A DNA stretch of 63,828 bases, filler included, from Octopus bimaculoides (Eukaryota): the NCBI RefSeq assembly GCF_001194135.2. It is 5 parts of 5 records of this genome, joined end to end, with 100 filler letters (N's around TTAATTAATTAA, not from the genome) between each part and the next. Parts side by side here need not be neighbours in the genome. Positions count along the whole stretch, not along the records: positions 33,829 to 56,910 come from NC_069001.1; positions 57,011 to 60,365 come from NW_026362480.1; positions 60,466 to 63,828 come from NW_026295576.1; 2 more parts are not named here. The stretch is one strand, 5' to 3'. Shown one piece after another: positions 50,540-63,828 of the stretch (within the stretch, counting starts at the first letter, position 1; the number at the start of each line of letters is the position of its first letter). The position numbers were made by a program, and so were the translations under genes. The notes under the pieces were generated by a model that had not been told where the DNA came from, made no database searches, and saw only the letters and a list, made by a program, of their open reading frames with translations.

Positions 50540-50885
50540 TTATTTTTTATCTTTTACGTGTTTCCCTCATTGGACTGTGGTCATGTTGGAGCACCGCCTT
50601 AAAAGATTTTAGTTGAACAAGTCGATCCCAGTACTTTTCTTAAAAACTCTGCTATTTATTCTACCGTCTCTTCTTACCGAAACGCAAAGTTACGCGGACG
50701 TAAGCAAACCAACACCGATTGCCAAGCGGTAGTGAGGAACAAACATAATTACAAGGACACACACTTAGATATAACTGTATTCGACAGGCTTTTTAAAGTT
50801 TCGTCTGCCAAATCCACCTCATTATATATTTAGTATGTATGCCCCAGCATGGCCGCAGCTCTCGAGCTGAAACTAGCAAAGAAAA
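50540..50885. mobile_element. Degenerate SINE family A fragments
   Basis: CATGTTGGAGCACCGCC..GCAAAGTTACGCGGACGTAAGCAAACCAACACCGATTGCCAAGCG; a tail end CCCCAGCATGGCCGCAG at about 50840. Confidence 0.7.
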
Positions 50886-52818
50886 AAAGACGTGTGTGTG
50901 CGTGTGTTGTGTAGTTTAAAAGATGAAGCGTTCATATATCTCTGATCAAGCAGATATGTCATCAAAAATGTTCCAAACGTAGCCATTTGCGCAATGAGAC
51001 CCACTTTATTTCGAGACGATACAGATTTGATGAAGATTTGAGATTTGACTGCTATTTCTAACAAATTGAGCGACCACGTCAACTCTCCCTTCACATTAAC
51101 CCTTTGTCACATTTAAAAGTGGCGATGGCAACGGTGGTAACGCTGACAGCGGCAGAGCAATGGGCTTTCGAGGCACGTCAACATCCGGGGCGGGAAATGG
51201 CGGCGGCACCCACTAGGAACGGAGACTCTCTTTGATCCAGATCGATTCCACAATCTCTCTCTCAAGCATTTCAGTGAATTTATGGACGATTTTTGGAGTT
51301 GTTTCCTAATGGATTCCTGGGGGGNNNNNNNNNNNNNNNNNNNNNNNNNNNNNNNNNNNNNNNNNNNNNNNNNNNNNNNNNNNNNNNNNNNNNNNNNNNN
51401 NNNNNNNNNNNNNNNNNNNNNNNNNNNNNNNNNNNNNNNNNNNNNNNNNNNNNNNNNNNNNNNNNNNNNNNNNNNNNNNNNNNNNNNNNNNNNNNNNNNN
51501 NNNNNNNNNNNNNNNNNNNNNNNNNNNNNNNNNNNNNNNNNNNNNNNNNNNNNNNNNNNNNNNNNNNNNNNNNNNNNNNNNNNNNNNNNNNNNNNNNNNN
51601 NNNNNNNNNNNNNNNNNNNNNNNNNNNNNNNNNNNNNNNNNNNNNNNNNNNNNNNNNNNNNNNNNNNNNNNNNNNNNNNNNNNNNNNNNNNNNNNNNNNN
51701 NNNNNNNNNNNNNNNNNNNNNNNNNNNNNNNNNNNNNNNNNNNNNNNNNNNNNNNNNNNNNNNNNNNNNNNNNNNNNNNNNNNNNNNNNNNNNNNNNNNN
51801 NNNNNNNNNNNNNNNNNNNNNNNNNNNNNNNNNNNNNNNNNNNNNNNNNNNNNNNNNNNNNNNNNNNNNNNNNNNNNNNNNNNNNNNNNNNNNNNNNNNN
51901 NNNNNNNNNNNNNNNNNNNNNNNNNNNNNNNNNNNNNNNNNNNNNNNNNNNNNNNNNNNNNNNNNNNNNNNNNNNNNNNNNNNNNNNNNNNNNNNNNNNN
52001 NNNNNNNNNNNNNNNNNNNNNNNNNNNNNNNNNNNNNNNNNNNNNNNNNNNNNNNNNNNNNNNNNNNNNNNNNNNNNNNNNNNNNNNNNNNNNNNNNNNN
52101 NNNNNNNNNNNNNNNNNNNNNNNNNNNNNNNNNNNNNNNNNNNNNNNNNNNNNNNNNNNNNNNTATATATATATATATATATATATATATTCAGGCACAC
52201 GCGTACACACATGCATGCATGTATGTTTATATAAGTCTATGTATATAATCAAAGCCCACTCACTTCCGCATGGTTTGCGTCCATCGAATTTTACTCACAG
52301 TGTCAGTCAACCGAAACAACGCCGTGGGAGAATAACAGAATAGAAGAATAATAGAATAGGAGGGGGACAGGGTAGAGAAATAATAGTGTAGGAGAATACT
52401 AGCCTTTGTAACAAATGCATGCAAGTATCGAACTCGGCACCATATGATTGCCAAGCTAAATAGTTAACCACCGGGCCAGGTCTGTACCCAACCAACCTAG
52501 TTTAAGGGGTAGATGAATCATGAACCCATTTGACCCCTATCTAAGGAGGTACCTGGGACCAGAGAAAATGATAGATTAAATGTTAATCGGCTTAGATTTA
52601 AGAGTTTAAATGTCAGAGATAATCTGTGTTAAGTGGTTTCAAGTGAATAGATGGAGTTGCAATGGTGAAGGAGTGTATATATGTGTGTGTAAGCGTGTGT
52701 GTGTGTGTGTTAAGTGAGTGTGTGACACTTAACGCACGCATTCACATATATCCACTTAGTTTCAATCATACAACACGCATGCAAACGTATACACCCACAT
52801 ATATACATATAAAGTACG

Positions 52819-52874
<56 letters not shown>

Positions 52875-54525
52875 CAGACAGAGGGAGTGAGAGAGGGGAG
52901 GGAGAGAGAGAGACACACATACGTATATGCACTTTCATAAAGAGTAAAAAGTTTTTAATATGCGCGCACGCACACACATACACACGCGCGCGCATACTCC
53001 CCCCACACACACACACACATATTTATTATCCTTGATGTGCCTTGTCTTACGACATGGGCAGATGCTACGACTTTTGTCTCCATAGAGAAAACTAATAAAC
53101 ATGTGCGTCTTTAGTTATAATTACACACATACGCACACACACATAACACACATACACACACACACACACACATACACTTATATATATAAATATTGGGACT
53201 GTGTTTCAATTTTAAGTTGGTCATACAGGTTAGAATAAGGTATAAAGTTAGCCACGAATAAATAAATAAACTCAGATTATGCTGGATTGTACAGGCAGCT
53301 GCACATACTCTGTGCAGCAGAAACACGTGTCGGTCATTTTGACCAACTAATTACGCTGTATGACCGACTGTAAAATTAAAAGAAAAACTTGATGATGTAT
53401 CGGTCTCCGTATTTTTTATAATTGTTTGAAATTTACTCTCCTGATAATGTTCCTAATCCAGAGAAATGAAGCTGGAGTTCCAAGCTCTGAGATGATGGTG
53501 GACTTCTCATTTTATGTTAAATCACGTTTTTGACCCATAATACTTTTATTGAGCACTTGCCTAATAATTTAGGACGGTAAAATTGTGGCTGTTTCACGAA
53601 AATGGCCGCCGTTTGTTTACATCTGCGCGGATCCAGTTTATTTTACGACAGTATGCGCAGGCAGATGTTGCCATCATTCAGTGAAAAAATATCTGGATTC
53701 GAACGAATAAATACTCTGTTATTTCGGGAAATTATTATACCCAATATACGCTCTGGGCATTTAATATAAAAATTCTAATTTTCAGACGTGTTTCAAACTT
53801 TTAGCCAAGTAATATATTGCAAATTAAATATAATTTCGGGCATTTAGTGTAAAGATTCCAATTTTCAAAATTATGTTCCGAACTTTTGGCCACGAATGTA
53901 TATATTTCTACAGAAGAGTTCACGTGTGTATAAATATATATAACTGTACGTATTTGTATATATACATAGATATATATACGTTTCAACGTAGAGTATTTTT
54001 CATATAAAAACTGCTGAACAAAAGCGAGAATCGAGTTTTCATAAACCGGTATATAAGAGTACGTATGTATAAATGAGCATATACCTATAAATATATGTAT
54101 GTGTATATATGTATACACATATACACACGCACACACACCGGTGTACCTAAACATATGGTCCACCTGTAAAGAATGAGACCAGCTGGAGGTTGGAGACGTG
54201 ACGCATTCATCGACAATAAGACCTCTTTCGTGTTTTTGTTTTGTTGATGTGGGGTACACGGATGGTTGGGTAGCTGGTAGATGGATTTCAAGTTGAAAAG
54301 GTACAAATGGAATATAGGGGACCATATGTAGGTCACGTGCACTTCGATAGGAAAAGAAGTAGGAGGTGAGGGATTTGTCAATGAAACCGGTTTTATTTTT
54401 AAGGTGATGTTTGGCTGCCTGCCTTTTAAGGTTTACTTCGTTAATCATTTTACCTGGGATTGTTATGATAATGTTAAGCATGCACTCGTTCCCCTTCGTA
54501 TATATGCAAACACACACACACACAC

Positions 54526-54565
<40 letters not shown>

Positions 54566-54823
54566 NNNNNNNNNNACACACACACGTATATATATATATA
54601 TATCAGAGAGAGAGAAAGAAAGAGATGCATACATATATACATGTATGCACATACATACATACATATATATATATATGTATTTACGTATTTATACATATAT
54701 ATACTCACGTGTAAGTATGTATACAGCATACAATGTGCAAATACAGGCATACATGCAGAGGTAGAACTGTTAATGACCCGTGTGTGCACGCGCGCACACA
54801 TGCACGCAGACACACACACACAC

Positions 54824-55295
54824 ATTAAGAATGAAATGTCCAATTTTGAACTGAAAGTTTATTTTACTTTATCTAAATAAAAAGCAATGCAGTTAATCAA
54901 AGTATGAACCTAAATTATCAAACACAATTTTGCCATTTTATTGGCAGCTTCTTTATTGCCGGCCGCGAAGAATCCTGGAGAACAAGAGGTGATGAAATCA
55001 CGAAAGGCTGTCTTTGCATCTTCTTCAGATTTGAAGTTCTTTTCCTTGCAAAAAGTTGTCTAATGCCTGGAAAACGTGATTGTCAGTTGGTGCAAGGTCT
55101 GGTGAATATGGTGGATGAGTAGCGTTCTTTGTGCAACATGTGGTTAAGCATTGTCTTGCAAGAGAACTGGCCTGTCTCTAGTGACCAATCCTGATTGTCA
55201 TTTGATACTCGTTCAGTTTGTGTGGTACCCACTTGTCCAGCTTCTTTACCTTGTCAATTTGTTTCAGATGGTCCAATACAGTTGGAGTCAAAACA
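54824..55295 (-). mobile_element. Internally deleted mariner transposon relic
   Basis: TVLDHLKQIDKVKKLDKWVPHKLNE (WVPHEL-like motif), then RPVLLQDNA*PHVAQ, PYSPDLAPTDNHVFQALDNF, and a C-terminal SYFD*. Confidence 0.9.
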
Positions 55296-55302
55296 TCTCT
55301 CT

Positions 55303-55334
<32 letters not shown>

Positions 55335-56524
55335 CNNNNNNNNNNNNNNNNNNNNNNNNNNNNNNNNNNNNNNNNNNNNNNNNNNNNNNNNNNNNNNNNN
55401 NNNNNNNNNNNNNNNNNNNNNNNNNNNNNNNNNNNNNNNNNNNNNNNNNNNNNNNNNNNNNNNNNNNNNNNNNNNNNNNNNNNNNNNNNNNNNNNNNNNN
55501 NNNNNNNNNNNNNNNNNNNNNNNNNNNNNNNNNNNNNNNNNNNNNNNNNNNNNNNNNNNNNNNNNNNNNNNNNNNNNNNNNNNNNNNNNNNNNNNNNNNN
55601 NNNNNNNNNNNNNNNNNNNNNNNNNNNNNNNNNNNNNNNNNNNNNNNNNNNNNNNNNNNNNNNNNNNNNNNNNNNNNNNNNNNNNNNNNNNNNNNNNNNN
55701 NNNNNNNNNNNNNNNNNNNNNNNNNNNNNNNNNNNNNNNNNNNNNNNNNNNNNNNNNNNNNNNNNNNNNNNNNNNNNNNNNNNNNNNNNNNNNNNNNNNN
55801 NNNNNNNNNNNNNNNNNNNNNNNNNNNNNNNNNNNNNNNNNNNNNNNNNNNNNNNNNNNNNNNNNNNNNNNNNNNNNNNNNNNNNNNNNNNNNNNNNNNN
55901 NNNNNNNNNNNNNNNNNNNNNNNNNNNNNNNNNNNNNNNNNNNNNNNNNNNNNNNNNNNNNNNNNNNNNNNNNNNNNNNNNNNNNNNNNNNNNNNNNNNN
56001 NNNNNNNNNNNNNNNNNNNNNNNNNNNNNNNNNNNNNNNNNNNNNNNNNNNNNNNNNNNNNNNNNNNNNNNNNNNNNNNNNNNNNNNNNNNNNNNNNNNN
56101 NNNNNNNNNNNNNNNNNNNNNNNNNNNNNNNNNNNNNNNNNNNNNNNNNNNNNNNNNNNNNNNNNNNNNNNNNNNNNNNNNNNNNNNNNNNNNNNNNNNN
56201 NNNNNNNNNNNNNNNNNNNNNNNNNNNNNNNNNNNNNNNNNNNNNNNNNNNNNNNNNNNNNNNNNNNNNNNNNNNNNNNNNNNNTGCTGCTGCTGTCTGT
56301 GTACGTATGTGTATGCATTTTAGTAAGTCTGTGTACATGTGCGCATGGTGTGTGTGTGTGTGTGGGGGGGTGATTATTCCGTTTTACTTCGAGATTTCTT
56401 GCCATTAGAAAAAGAGCCGGTTTCTAACCTAGATCCAAGGATCCAATCACAGGGAATTTTTGTTTGTACGTATGTATATGTGTAGAGCTGTATGCTTTAT
56501 TTTTCATATATGTATTCCCATGCA

Positions 56525-56812
56525 TATAGCTCACATCGCCCACCCTGCTCCACCCTTGGATTATTTCATTTCGAATTTGCTCTCTTAACGTTATGGCAAG
56601 CATGGGTCTTTCCATGACCGTTTGCGCCGTCGATGACCGATGTCGTATCCTCCTCGTAGAAGCCCACGTCTCACTTGCATAGAAGATCACAGGTCGGACG
56701 CAACCAATGAAGAGCCTGGCACCAATAGCGTTATCTGTCTTCGTTTGGAGCACATCTTTTATTAAGTTAAACGCCTTCCTTCTCAGCAGCCCTAACTCCG
56801 CGCACATTCACT
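56525..56812 (-). mobile_element. Decayed RTE-clade LINE fragment
   Basis: RRKAFNLIKDVL..ARLFIGCVRPVIFYASETWA..AQTVMERPMLAITLREQIRNE matches the RTE ORF2 post-RT region. Confidence 0.85.
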
Positions 56813-56855
56813 GCGTGCCTTACATATAATTGTATGTATACGTATATGCATGCAT

Positions 56856-56910
<55 letters not shown>

Positions 56911-57010
56911 NNNNNNNNNNNNNNNNNNNNNNNNNNNNNNNNNNNNNNNNNNNNTTAATTAATTAANNNNNNNNNNNNNNNNNNNNNNNNNNNNNNNNNN
57001 NNNNNNNNNN

Positions 57011-57180
57011 GTGTGTGTGTGTCTGTGTTTGTCTCCCCATCATCGCCTGACAACTGATGCTGGTGTGTTTACGGCCCTGTAACTTAGCGATTCGGCAAAA
57101 GAATAAGTCATGGGGTCGATTTGTTCGACTAAAGGCGGTGTTCCAGCATGGCCACAGACTGAAACAACTAAAAAAAAAAA
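57011..57180 (+). mobile_element. SINE family A tail half
   Basis: GATGCTGGTGTGTTTACG..GGGGTCGATTTGTTCGACTAAAGGCGGTGTTCCAGCATGGCC. Confidence 0.85.
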
Positions 57181-58558
57181 AAAAAGAAACATAAGGTGGC
57201 NNNNNNNNNNNNNNNNNNNNNNNNNNNNNNNNNNNNNNNNNNNNNNNNNNNNNNNNNNNNNNNNNNNNNNNNNNNNNNNNNNNNNNNNNNNNNNNNNNNN
57301 NNNNNNNNNNNNNNNNNNNNNNNNNNNNNNNNNNNNNNNNNNNNNNNNNNNNNNNNNNNNNNNNNNNNNNNNNNNNNNNNNNNNNNNNNNNNNNNNNNNN
57401 NNNNNNNNNNNNNNNNNNNNNNNNNNNNNNNNNNNNNNNNNNNNNNNNNNNNNNNNNNNNNNNNNNNNNNNNNNNNNNNNNNNNNNNNNNNNNNNNNNNN
57501 NNNNNNNNNNNNNNNNNNNNNNNNNNNNNNNNNNNNNNNNNNNNNNNNNNNNNNNNNNNNNNNNNNNNNNNNNNNNNNNNNNNNNNNNNNNNNNNNNNNN
57601 NNNNNNNNNNNNNNNNNNNNNNNNNNNNNNNNNNNNNNNNNNNNNNNNNNNNNNNNNNNNNNNNNNNNNNNNNNNNNNNNNNNNNNNNNNNNNNNNNNNN
57701 NNNNNNNNNNNNNNNNNNNNNNNNNNNNNNNNNNNNNNNNNNNNNNNNNNNNNNNNNNNNNNNNNNNNNNNNNNNNNNNNNNNNNNNNNNNNNNNNNNNN
57801 NNNNNNNNNNNNNNNNNNNNNNNNNNNNNNNNNNNNNNNNNNNNNNNNNNNNNNNNNNNNNNNNNNNNNNNNNNNNNNNNNNNNNNNNNNNNNNNNNNNN
57901 NNNNNNNNNNNNNNNNNNNNNNNNNNNNNNNNNNNNNNNNNNNNNNNNNNNNNNNNNNNNNNNNNNNNNNNNNNNNNNNNNNNNNNNNNNNNNNNNNNNN
58001 NNNNNNNNNNNNNNNNNNNNNNNNNNNNNNNNNNNNNNNNNNNNNNNNNNNNNNNNNNNNNNNNNNNACAAAAAAAAATTATAAATAAATGAACAGAATA
58101 AACGAACAAGTCTTTTGCAACGACGACCAGGAAAGTCTTTTTTTTTTATTTTTCTTTCTAGTTGTTTCATTCTAAGCGAAAACACACACATATATATATA
58201 ACCTTTTTTTATCCGTTTCTAAGACTGAGGAAAGAAACAAAGGAAAGATCCCCCCACCCACCTGCCTTCCCCTCTCCACCACCACGACCACCACCACTAC
58301 TACCAAATGTTTCCAAGACTTTCGTAGCTTTTATCTCATGTGTCTGTTTACTCCACCCACAGACTCATGTTGCTGCATCTAACAATTGTTGTGTAATTAC
58401 ATGGAGTAAGGCACGGAAGGGCGTTGTATGTGTGTGTGTGTGTGTGGATGCGCTCGTGTATGCTCATGTATGTATGTATGTATGTATGTATGTATGTATG
58501 TATATAGTTCAAAGATGAGATTCAGATATTCTCCCTACGGCAGACAGTAGTGCTCAAA

Positions 58559-58616
58559 AGGACTAACTTATATTTTGCATTTGCGGAGCCGCAAATGCAA
58601 AATATAAGTTAGTCCT
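58559..58616. repeat. Perfect palindrome: 28-bp arms and a 2-nt spacer
   Basis: AGGACTAACTTATATTTTGCATTTGCGG-AG-CCGCAAATGCAAAATATAAGTTAGTCCT. About 56-bp direct repeats lie at 58505-58560 and 58682-58738. Confidence 0.95.
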
Positions 58617-58864
58617 AGAGCGCACAATGTTCCTGAAGGTCGGCAATGGTCTTCCTCGGTCACGAGTGGACGGCCATCATATAGTTCAAGGATGAGATCC
58701 AAATATTCTCCGTACAGAAGACAGTAGTGCTCAAAAGATGTCTCTGTAGGGGTTTAATCCACAAGGTAAATAAAGGCTAGAAGAGGGAACAGGTATGTCA
58801 GGTGTGTACGTACGTATGTATGCATGTATGTATGTATGTATGTATGTATGTATGTATGTACGTA

Positions 58865-59085
58865 CGTGTTGGGCTTCTTTTAGTTCCCGTCTTTGGAAGC
58901 CCTTGCCCAAGGTGTCACGATGTGGGATTGATCCCGGAACCATGTGATTGGGAAGGAAGCTTCTTACCACGCAAATTTATCCTTTATTTTTTTCTTTATC
59001 CTTTATTCCTTTATTTTATTCGGTTACGGTCATGCTGGGGCACTGCTTTGAAGGTTTTAGTCAACCGAATCGAACCCCCATGACT
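58865..59085 (-). mobile_element. SINE family A head and tail fragments
   Basis: CTTGCCCAAGGTGTCACG..GAACCATGTGATTGGGAAGGAAGCTTCTTACCAC; CATGCTGGGGCACTGC. Confidence 0.75.
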
Positions 59086-59269
59086 TATTTTTAACGACGA
59101 CGACGACCACAATAACAACAACAACAACAATCGCAAAAACAATAACCGCAGCAACAACAACAAAAAGCAACACCACCACCATCACCACCACCAACAACAA
59201 CAACAACAACAACCATTACTAAAACAACGACAGCATCGCCAACAAGCGTAACAAGAACAACAAGAACTA

Positions 59270-59482
59270 GATCTTTATGGTTTGACGGCCAACACCTCAA
59301 TAGACGTCAGTGATTGGTTGAAATTACCGAAATACGACAATTTTTTTACATGAAATAACTTCGAATACAAAATTTTTTTATCTGTTCTATAACACAAAAT
59401 ATACAAGTATTAGAAGTTTGAAAGTGTTTCGGTACCAAAAACACTACATAAAAAAAATGTTGGCCGTCAAACCATAAGGATC
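59270..59482. mobile_element. MITE-like element, about 213 bp, with 25-bp TIRs
   Basis: GATCTTTATGGTTTGACGGCCAACA (59270-59294) versus TGTTGGCCGTCAAACCATAAGGATC (59458-59482), one mismatch. No clear TSD. Confidence 0.8.
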
Positions 59483-60165
59483 CCAGGAAATGAATAAAAG
59501 CCACAATATTAACAACAACAACAGCAGCAGCAGCAGCAGAACAACGGCCATATCAACAACACCAACAACCATTGCGACTACAGCAACAACATCAACTTTA
59601 ACGGCGACCACAACACCATAACAGCANNNNNNNNNNNNNNNNNNNNNNNNNNNNNNNNNNNNNNNNNNNNNNNNNNNNNNNNNNNNNNNNNNNNNNNNNN
59701 NNNNNNNNNNNNNNNNNNNNNNNNNNNNNNNNNNNNNNNNNNNNNNNNNNNNNNNNNNNNNNNNNNNNNNNNNNNNNNNNNNNNNNNNNNNNNNNNNNNN
59801 NNNNNNNNNNNNNNNNNNNNNNNNNNNNNNNNNNNNNNNNNNNNNNNNNNNNNNNNNNNNNNNNNNNNNNNNNNNNNNNNNNNNNNNNNNNNNNNNNNNN
59901 NNNNNNNNNNNNNNNNNNNNNNNNNNNNNNNNNNNNNNNNNNNNNNNNNNNNNNNNNNNNNNNNNNNNNNNNNNNNNNNNNNNNNNNNNNNNNNNNNNNN
60001 NNNNNNNNNNNNNNNNNNNNNNNNNNNNNNNNNNNNNNNNNNNNNNNNNNNNNNNNNNNNNNNNNNNNNNNNNNNNNNNNNNNNNNNNNNNNNNNNNNNN
60101 NNNNNNNNNNNNNNNNNNNNNNNNNNNNNNNNNNNNNNNNNNNNNNNNCTTTTACACACATACAT

Positions 60166-60216
<51 letters not shown>

Positions 60217-60218
60217 TT

Positions 60219-60271
<53 letters not shown>

Positions 60272-61733
60272 AGAGAGAGAGATGTAGATAGATAGATGGA
60301 TAGATAGATAGATTAATAGATTGAGAGATAGATAGATGTGCATGTATATGTATGTGTATAAATGTNNNNNNNNNNNNNNNNNNNNNNNNNNNNNNNNNNN
60401 NNNNNNNNNTTAATTAATTAANNNNNNNNNNNNNNNNNNNNNNNNNNNNNNNNNNNNNNNNNNNNCTTGTTTTCCTGTCTGTTTTACATAGTTCGTTTAG
60501 TGTCCAGTTAAGGATATTATTATTATTATCATTATTATTGTTATTTTTGGCTTCGCTCCGGTCCAGTCTTTTTCCTGGTGGGAATTATGTGGATAGCGGG
60601 TTACTACCTGTAACATTAGTTATCCATAAGTTTTCTGTACTCTTTCAAGTGCTTAGAACCCTCCTGATAATCCTTGCTAATCCTTATTATTATTGTTATT
60701 AAGGCTATGAGCTGGTAGAGTTGTGAAAGCATGAGAAAACTGCTTTGCGGTATTTGTTCCGGCATTTAACATTGTGATTCCAAATTCCACCGAGAGAAAC
60801 TTTGCCTTTTATGCGTATAATTCCTAGCTTTGCGCCAGAATGAAAAAAAAAACATTATTTTTATTTCTTCTGTGAGTACGGCTTGTTAGAAACACTTGAC
60901 AAACCATCCTTAAAACACATCATACAATCTTAGATAGAGAAAATACACCTTGAATAATAATAGTTCTTCATACTTTTAAAAAGGCAGGGTACTCACGGCT
61001 AGAATTCCTTTCATCAGGTCAGATCTAGGGTTAAACAACAACAACTTGAAGAAGACAAACATTTTCCTCAGTGCCTCAGAAACATACGGGTCTAGAATTC
61101 TATTTGAGGACCACCAATCAATATCTTTTACCTTTTATCTTTTGTATAAGAATCATAAACAACTCTGCGAAATAGTATGTCAAAAGCTTACGTCTAAGTA
61201 TATAGAGCGTAATGCTCTGATAGTAATTATTAGCGTGCACTAAAACCATTAGCTAGGTAGAGGATGGCGATGGTTTAAACATCAGTTTTGCAGGAAATAA
61301 AACAGAACTATTTTTTCATGTATTCTGTGCGGATGTTAGTTCCCAAAATACTAATTTTGTGGTGAAGATTTTTCAGCTACCTGTAACTGGAATTGTAGAA
61401 ATTGGACGAACCACAGGTTTTTCCCAAAACAAGTTCTATCGATCACATTGATTACTCTCTTTTGTGTATAGAATTCAGAACGTATAAAAGATTCTTCTTT
61501 TATTCCCATTCTGTTTTTAGGGTGATTAAAATAACATTCTTGTAAGCAGTGATATTCGCTAAGGCACTGACTTCGTTTTCATTAACCTAACTTCACATAT
61601 TTTTTTTCTTTGGACCATTTAGCAAATCTGCCAAACTTTATCCGTTGTCGACTCCACTTCTATACCTTTGGATCAAGTTATATCGAAAAATACTGAAATA
61701 CTGAAAAAGGAAAGGCAAGAAATACAGCAAGAG

Positions 61734-61822
<89 letters not shown>

Positions 61823-62004
61823 GAGAGAAAGAGGGAGAGAGAGGGGAGAGAGAGAAGGAGAAAAAGTATTGGTATCTCAATAAAAGTTAAAGAGAAAGAA
61901 AATTGGAGAAAAATGAAGAGAATTGGTGCCAGTTTGAGAGTTATGGGGGGAGAGAGAGAGAGTATGAGAGAGAGAAAGAGAGAGAGAGAAAGAGAGAGAG
62001 AGAA

Positions 62005-62044
<40 letters not shown>

Positions 62045-63828
62045 CATTGGTAATTGTATGAGAGTTAAAAAGGGAGAGAGAAGAATAAACTAGTCAGTAT
62101 GAAAATTAAAGAGGAGCGAGAGTATCTGTTTGAGGGTTAAAGTGAGAGAAAACGAGAGAGAGAGAGAGAGAGAGAGTGAAAGAAAGAGAGAGATGATGAA
62201 AATAAAGAAATCAATAGTAACCTGTTAAAAGTTGTAACAGAAAAATACCTTAATGATTCTACACAAGAACAAGACTAAACAAAACGAGAAAATTAATGGC
62301 GAAGTATCCAAAAGATAACGTTAACATTCACACATACACATATATATATGTGCGCATACACACATGTATATATATATGTATGCATATATACATATATGTA
62401 TGTATATGTATATATATANNNNNNNNNNNNNNNNNNNNNNNNNNNNNNNNNNNNNNNNNNNNNNNNNNNNNNNNNNNNNNNNNNNNNNNNNNNNNNNNNN
62501 NNNNNNNNNNNNNNNNNNNNNNNNNNNNNNNNNNNNNNNNNNNNNNNNNNNNNNNNNNNNNNNNNNNNNNNNNNNNNNNNNNNNNNNNNNNNNNNNNNNN
62601 NNNNNNNNNNNNNNNNNNNNNNNNNNNNNNNNNNNNNNNNNNNNNNNNNNNNNNNNNNNNNNNNNNNNNNNNNNNNNNNNNNNNNNNNNNNNNNNNNNNN
62701 NNNNNNNNNNNNNNNNNNNNNNNNNNNNNNNNNNNNNNNNNNNNNNNNNNNNNNNNNNNNNNNNNNNNNNNNNNNNNNNNNNNNNNNNNNNNNNNNNNNN
62801 NNNNNNNNNNNNNNNNNNNNNNNNNNNNNNNNNNNNNNNNNNNNNNNNNNNNNNNNNNNNNNNNNNNNNNNNNNNNNNNNNNNNNNNNNNNNNNNNNNNN
62901 NNNNNNNNNNNNNNNNNNNNNNNNNNNNNNNNNNNNNNNNNNNNNNNNNNNNNNNNNNNNNNNNNNNNNNNNNNNNNNNNNNNNNNNNNNNNNNNNNNNN
63001 NNNNNNNNNNNNNNNNNNNNNNNNNNNNNNNNNNNNNNNNNNNNNNNNNNNNNNNNNNNNNNNNNNNNNNNNNNNNNNNNNNNNNNNNNNNNNNNNNNNN
63101 NNNNNNNNNNNNNNNNNNNNNNNNNNNNNNNNNNNNNNNNNNNNNNNNNNNNNNNNNNNNNNNNNNNNNNNNNNNNNNNNNNNNNNNNNNNNNNNNNNNN
63201 NNNNNNNNNNNNNNNNNNNNNNNNNNNNNNNNNNNNNNNNNNNNNNNNNNNNNNNNTGTATGTGTGCGTGTGTGTGGTGGGTTTGTGCACAAGGAAACAA
63301 TATACATTTCTGTCAACATTTTAGAGATATTAAGAATCTCTGGTTCTCTGATTGGTCATGAAATATCAGTTTCCTACAAATTTGTTTCACAAATATCTCC
63401 CTCTCCATGAGAAGTTGTCGTGGACAGATTACTGTTGCAGTTCTAATTGCAAATCCAGACGCATAAGTTTGCATCACTTACATTTGTACTTAGAACTATA
63501 ACCGAAACAACAACCCAAAAAAAAAAAAAAAATCAAACATTAAATAAATATTTGAATGAATAAATAAAAATGACGGCTTTTCAAAGTTGTGATACATTGG
63601 CATATGACGTAGTGTCAATGTTTGGACGTAACTTGATTTACGGCATCAATCCTAAGCAATACAGCAAAGATCAAAAGATGACAATGGTGGTTATGCGTAT
63701 GTGTATTGGTGTGTGTGTGTGTGAATGTGTGTGTCTATGTGTGTGTGTGTGAGTGCGTGAGCACGCGCGTGTGTGCGTGGGTGAATATACAGGTGTGAAT
63801 ATATATTTATATATATATATATATATAT

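Noticed and set aside
51113-63410. Long 300-390 aa ORFs in the track
   Set aside because: They consist almost entirely of X from N-gaps.

Overview
AT-rich eukaryotic DNA saturated with microsatellites and broken by many N-gaps. The SINE families and repeat density point to an octopod cephalopod, probably Octopus (inference). Only one complete, well-supported protein-coding gene is visible: a single 663-aa ORF on the minus strand (24436-26427) encoding a secreted M12B/ADAMTS-related zinc metalloprotease. Its layout is signal peptide, prodomain, furin site RKKR, HELGHSLGVLHD catalytic domain, disintegrin-like domain and two tandem PLAC-like domains. It has no thrombospondin repeats, so it resembles MIG-17/Sona, and its coding sequence has no introns. 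The rest is decayed RTE LINEs, two DD37D (maT) relics, one mariner relic, several modular tRNA-derived SINE families and MITE/foldback elements. Also present are two copies of a minimal hammerhead-ribozyme-like motif of the Penelope-associated type, a perfect 58-bp palindrome, and scattered exon-like islands that may belong to a larger, unresolved + strand gene. Four 44N-TTAATTAATTAA-44N blocks are artificial scaffold joins. Nearly all other ORFs in the track are microsatellite or gap artefacts.
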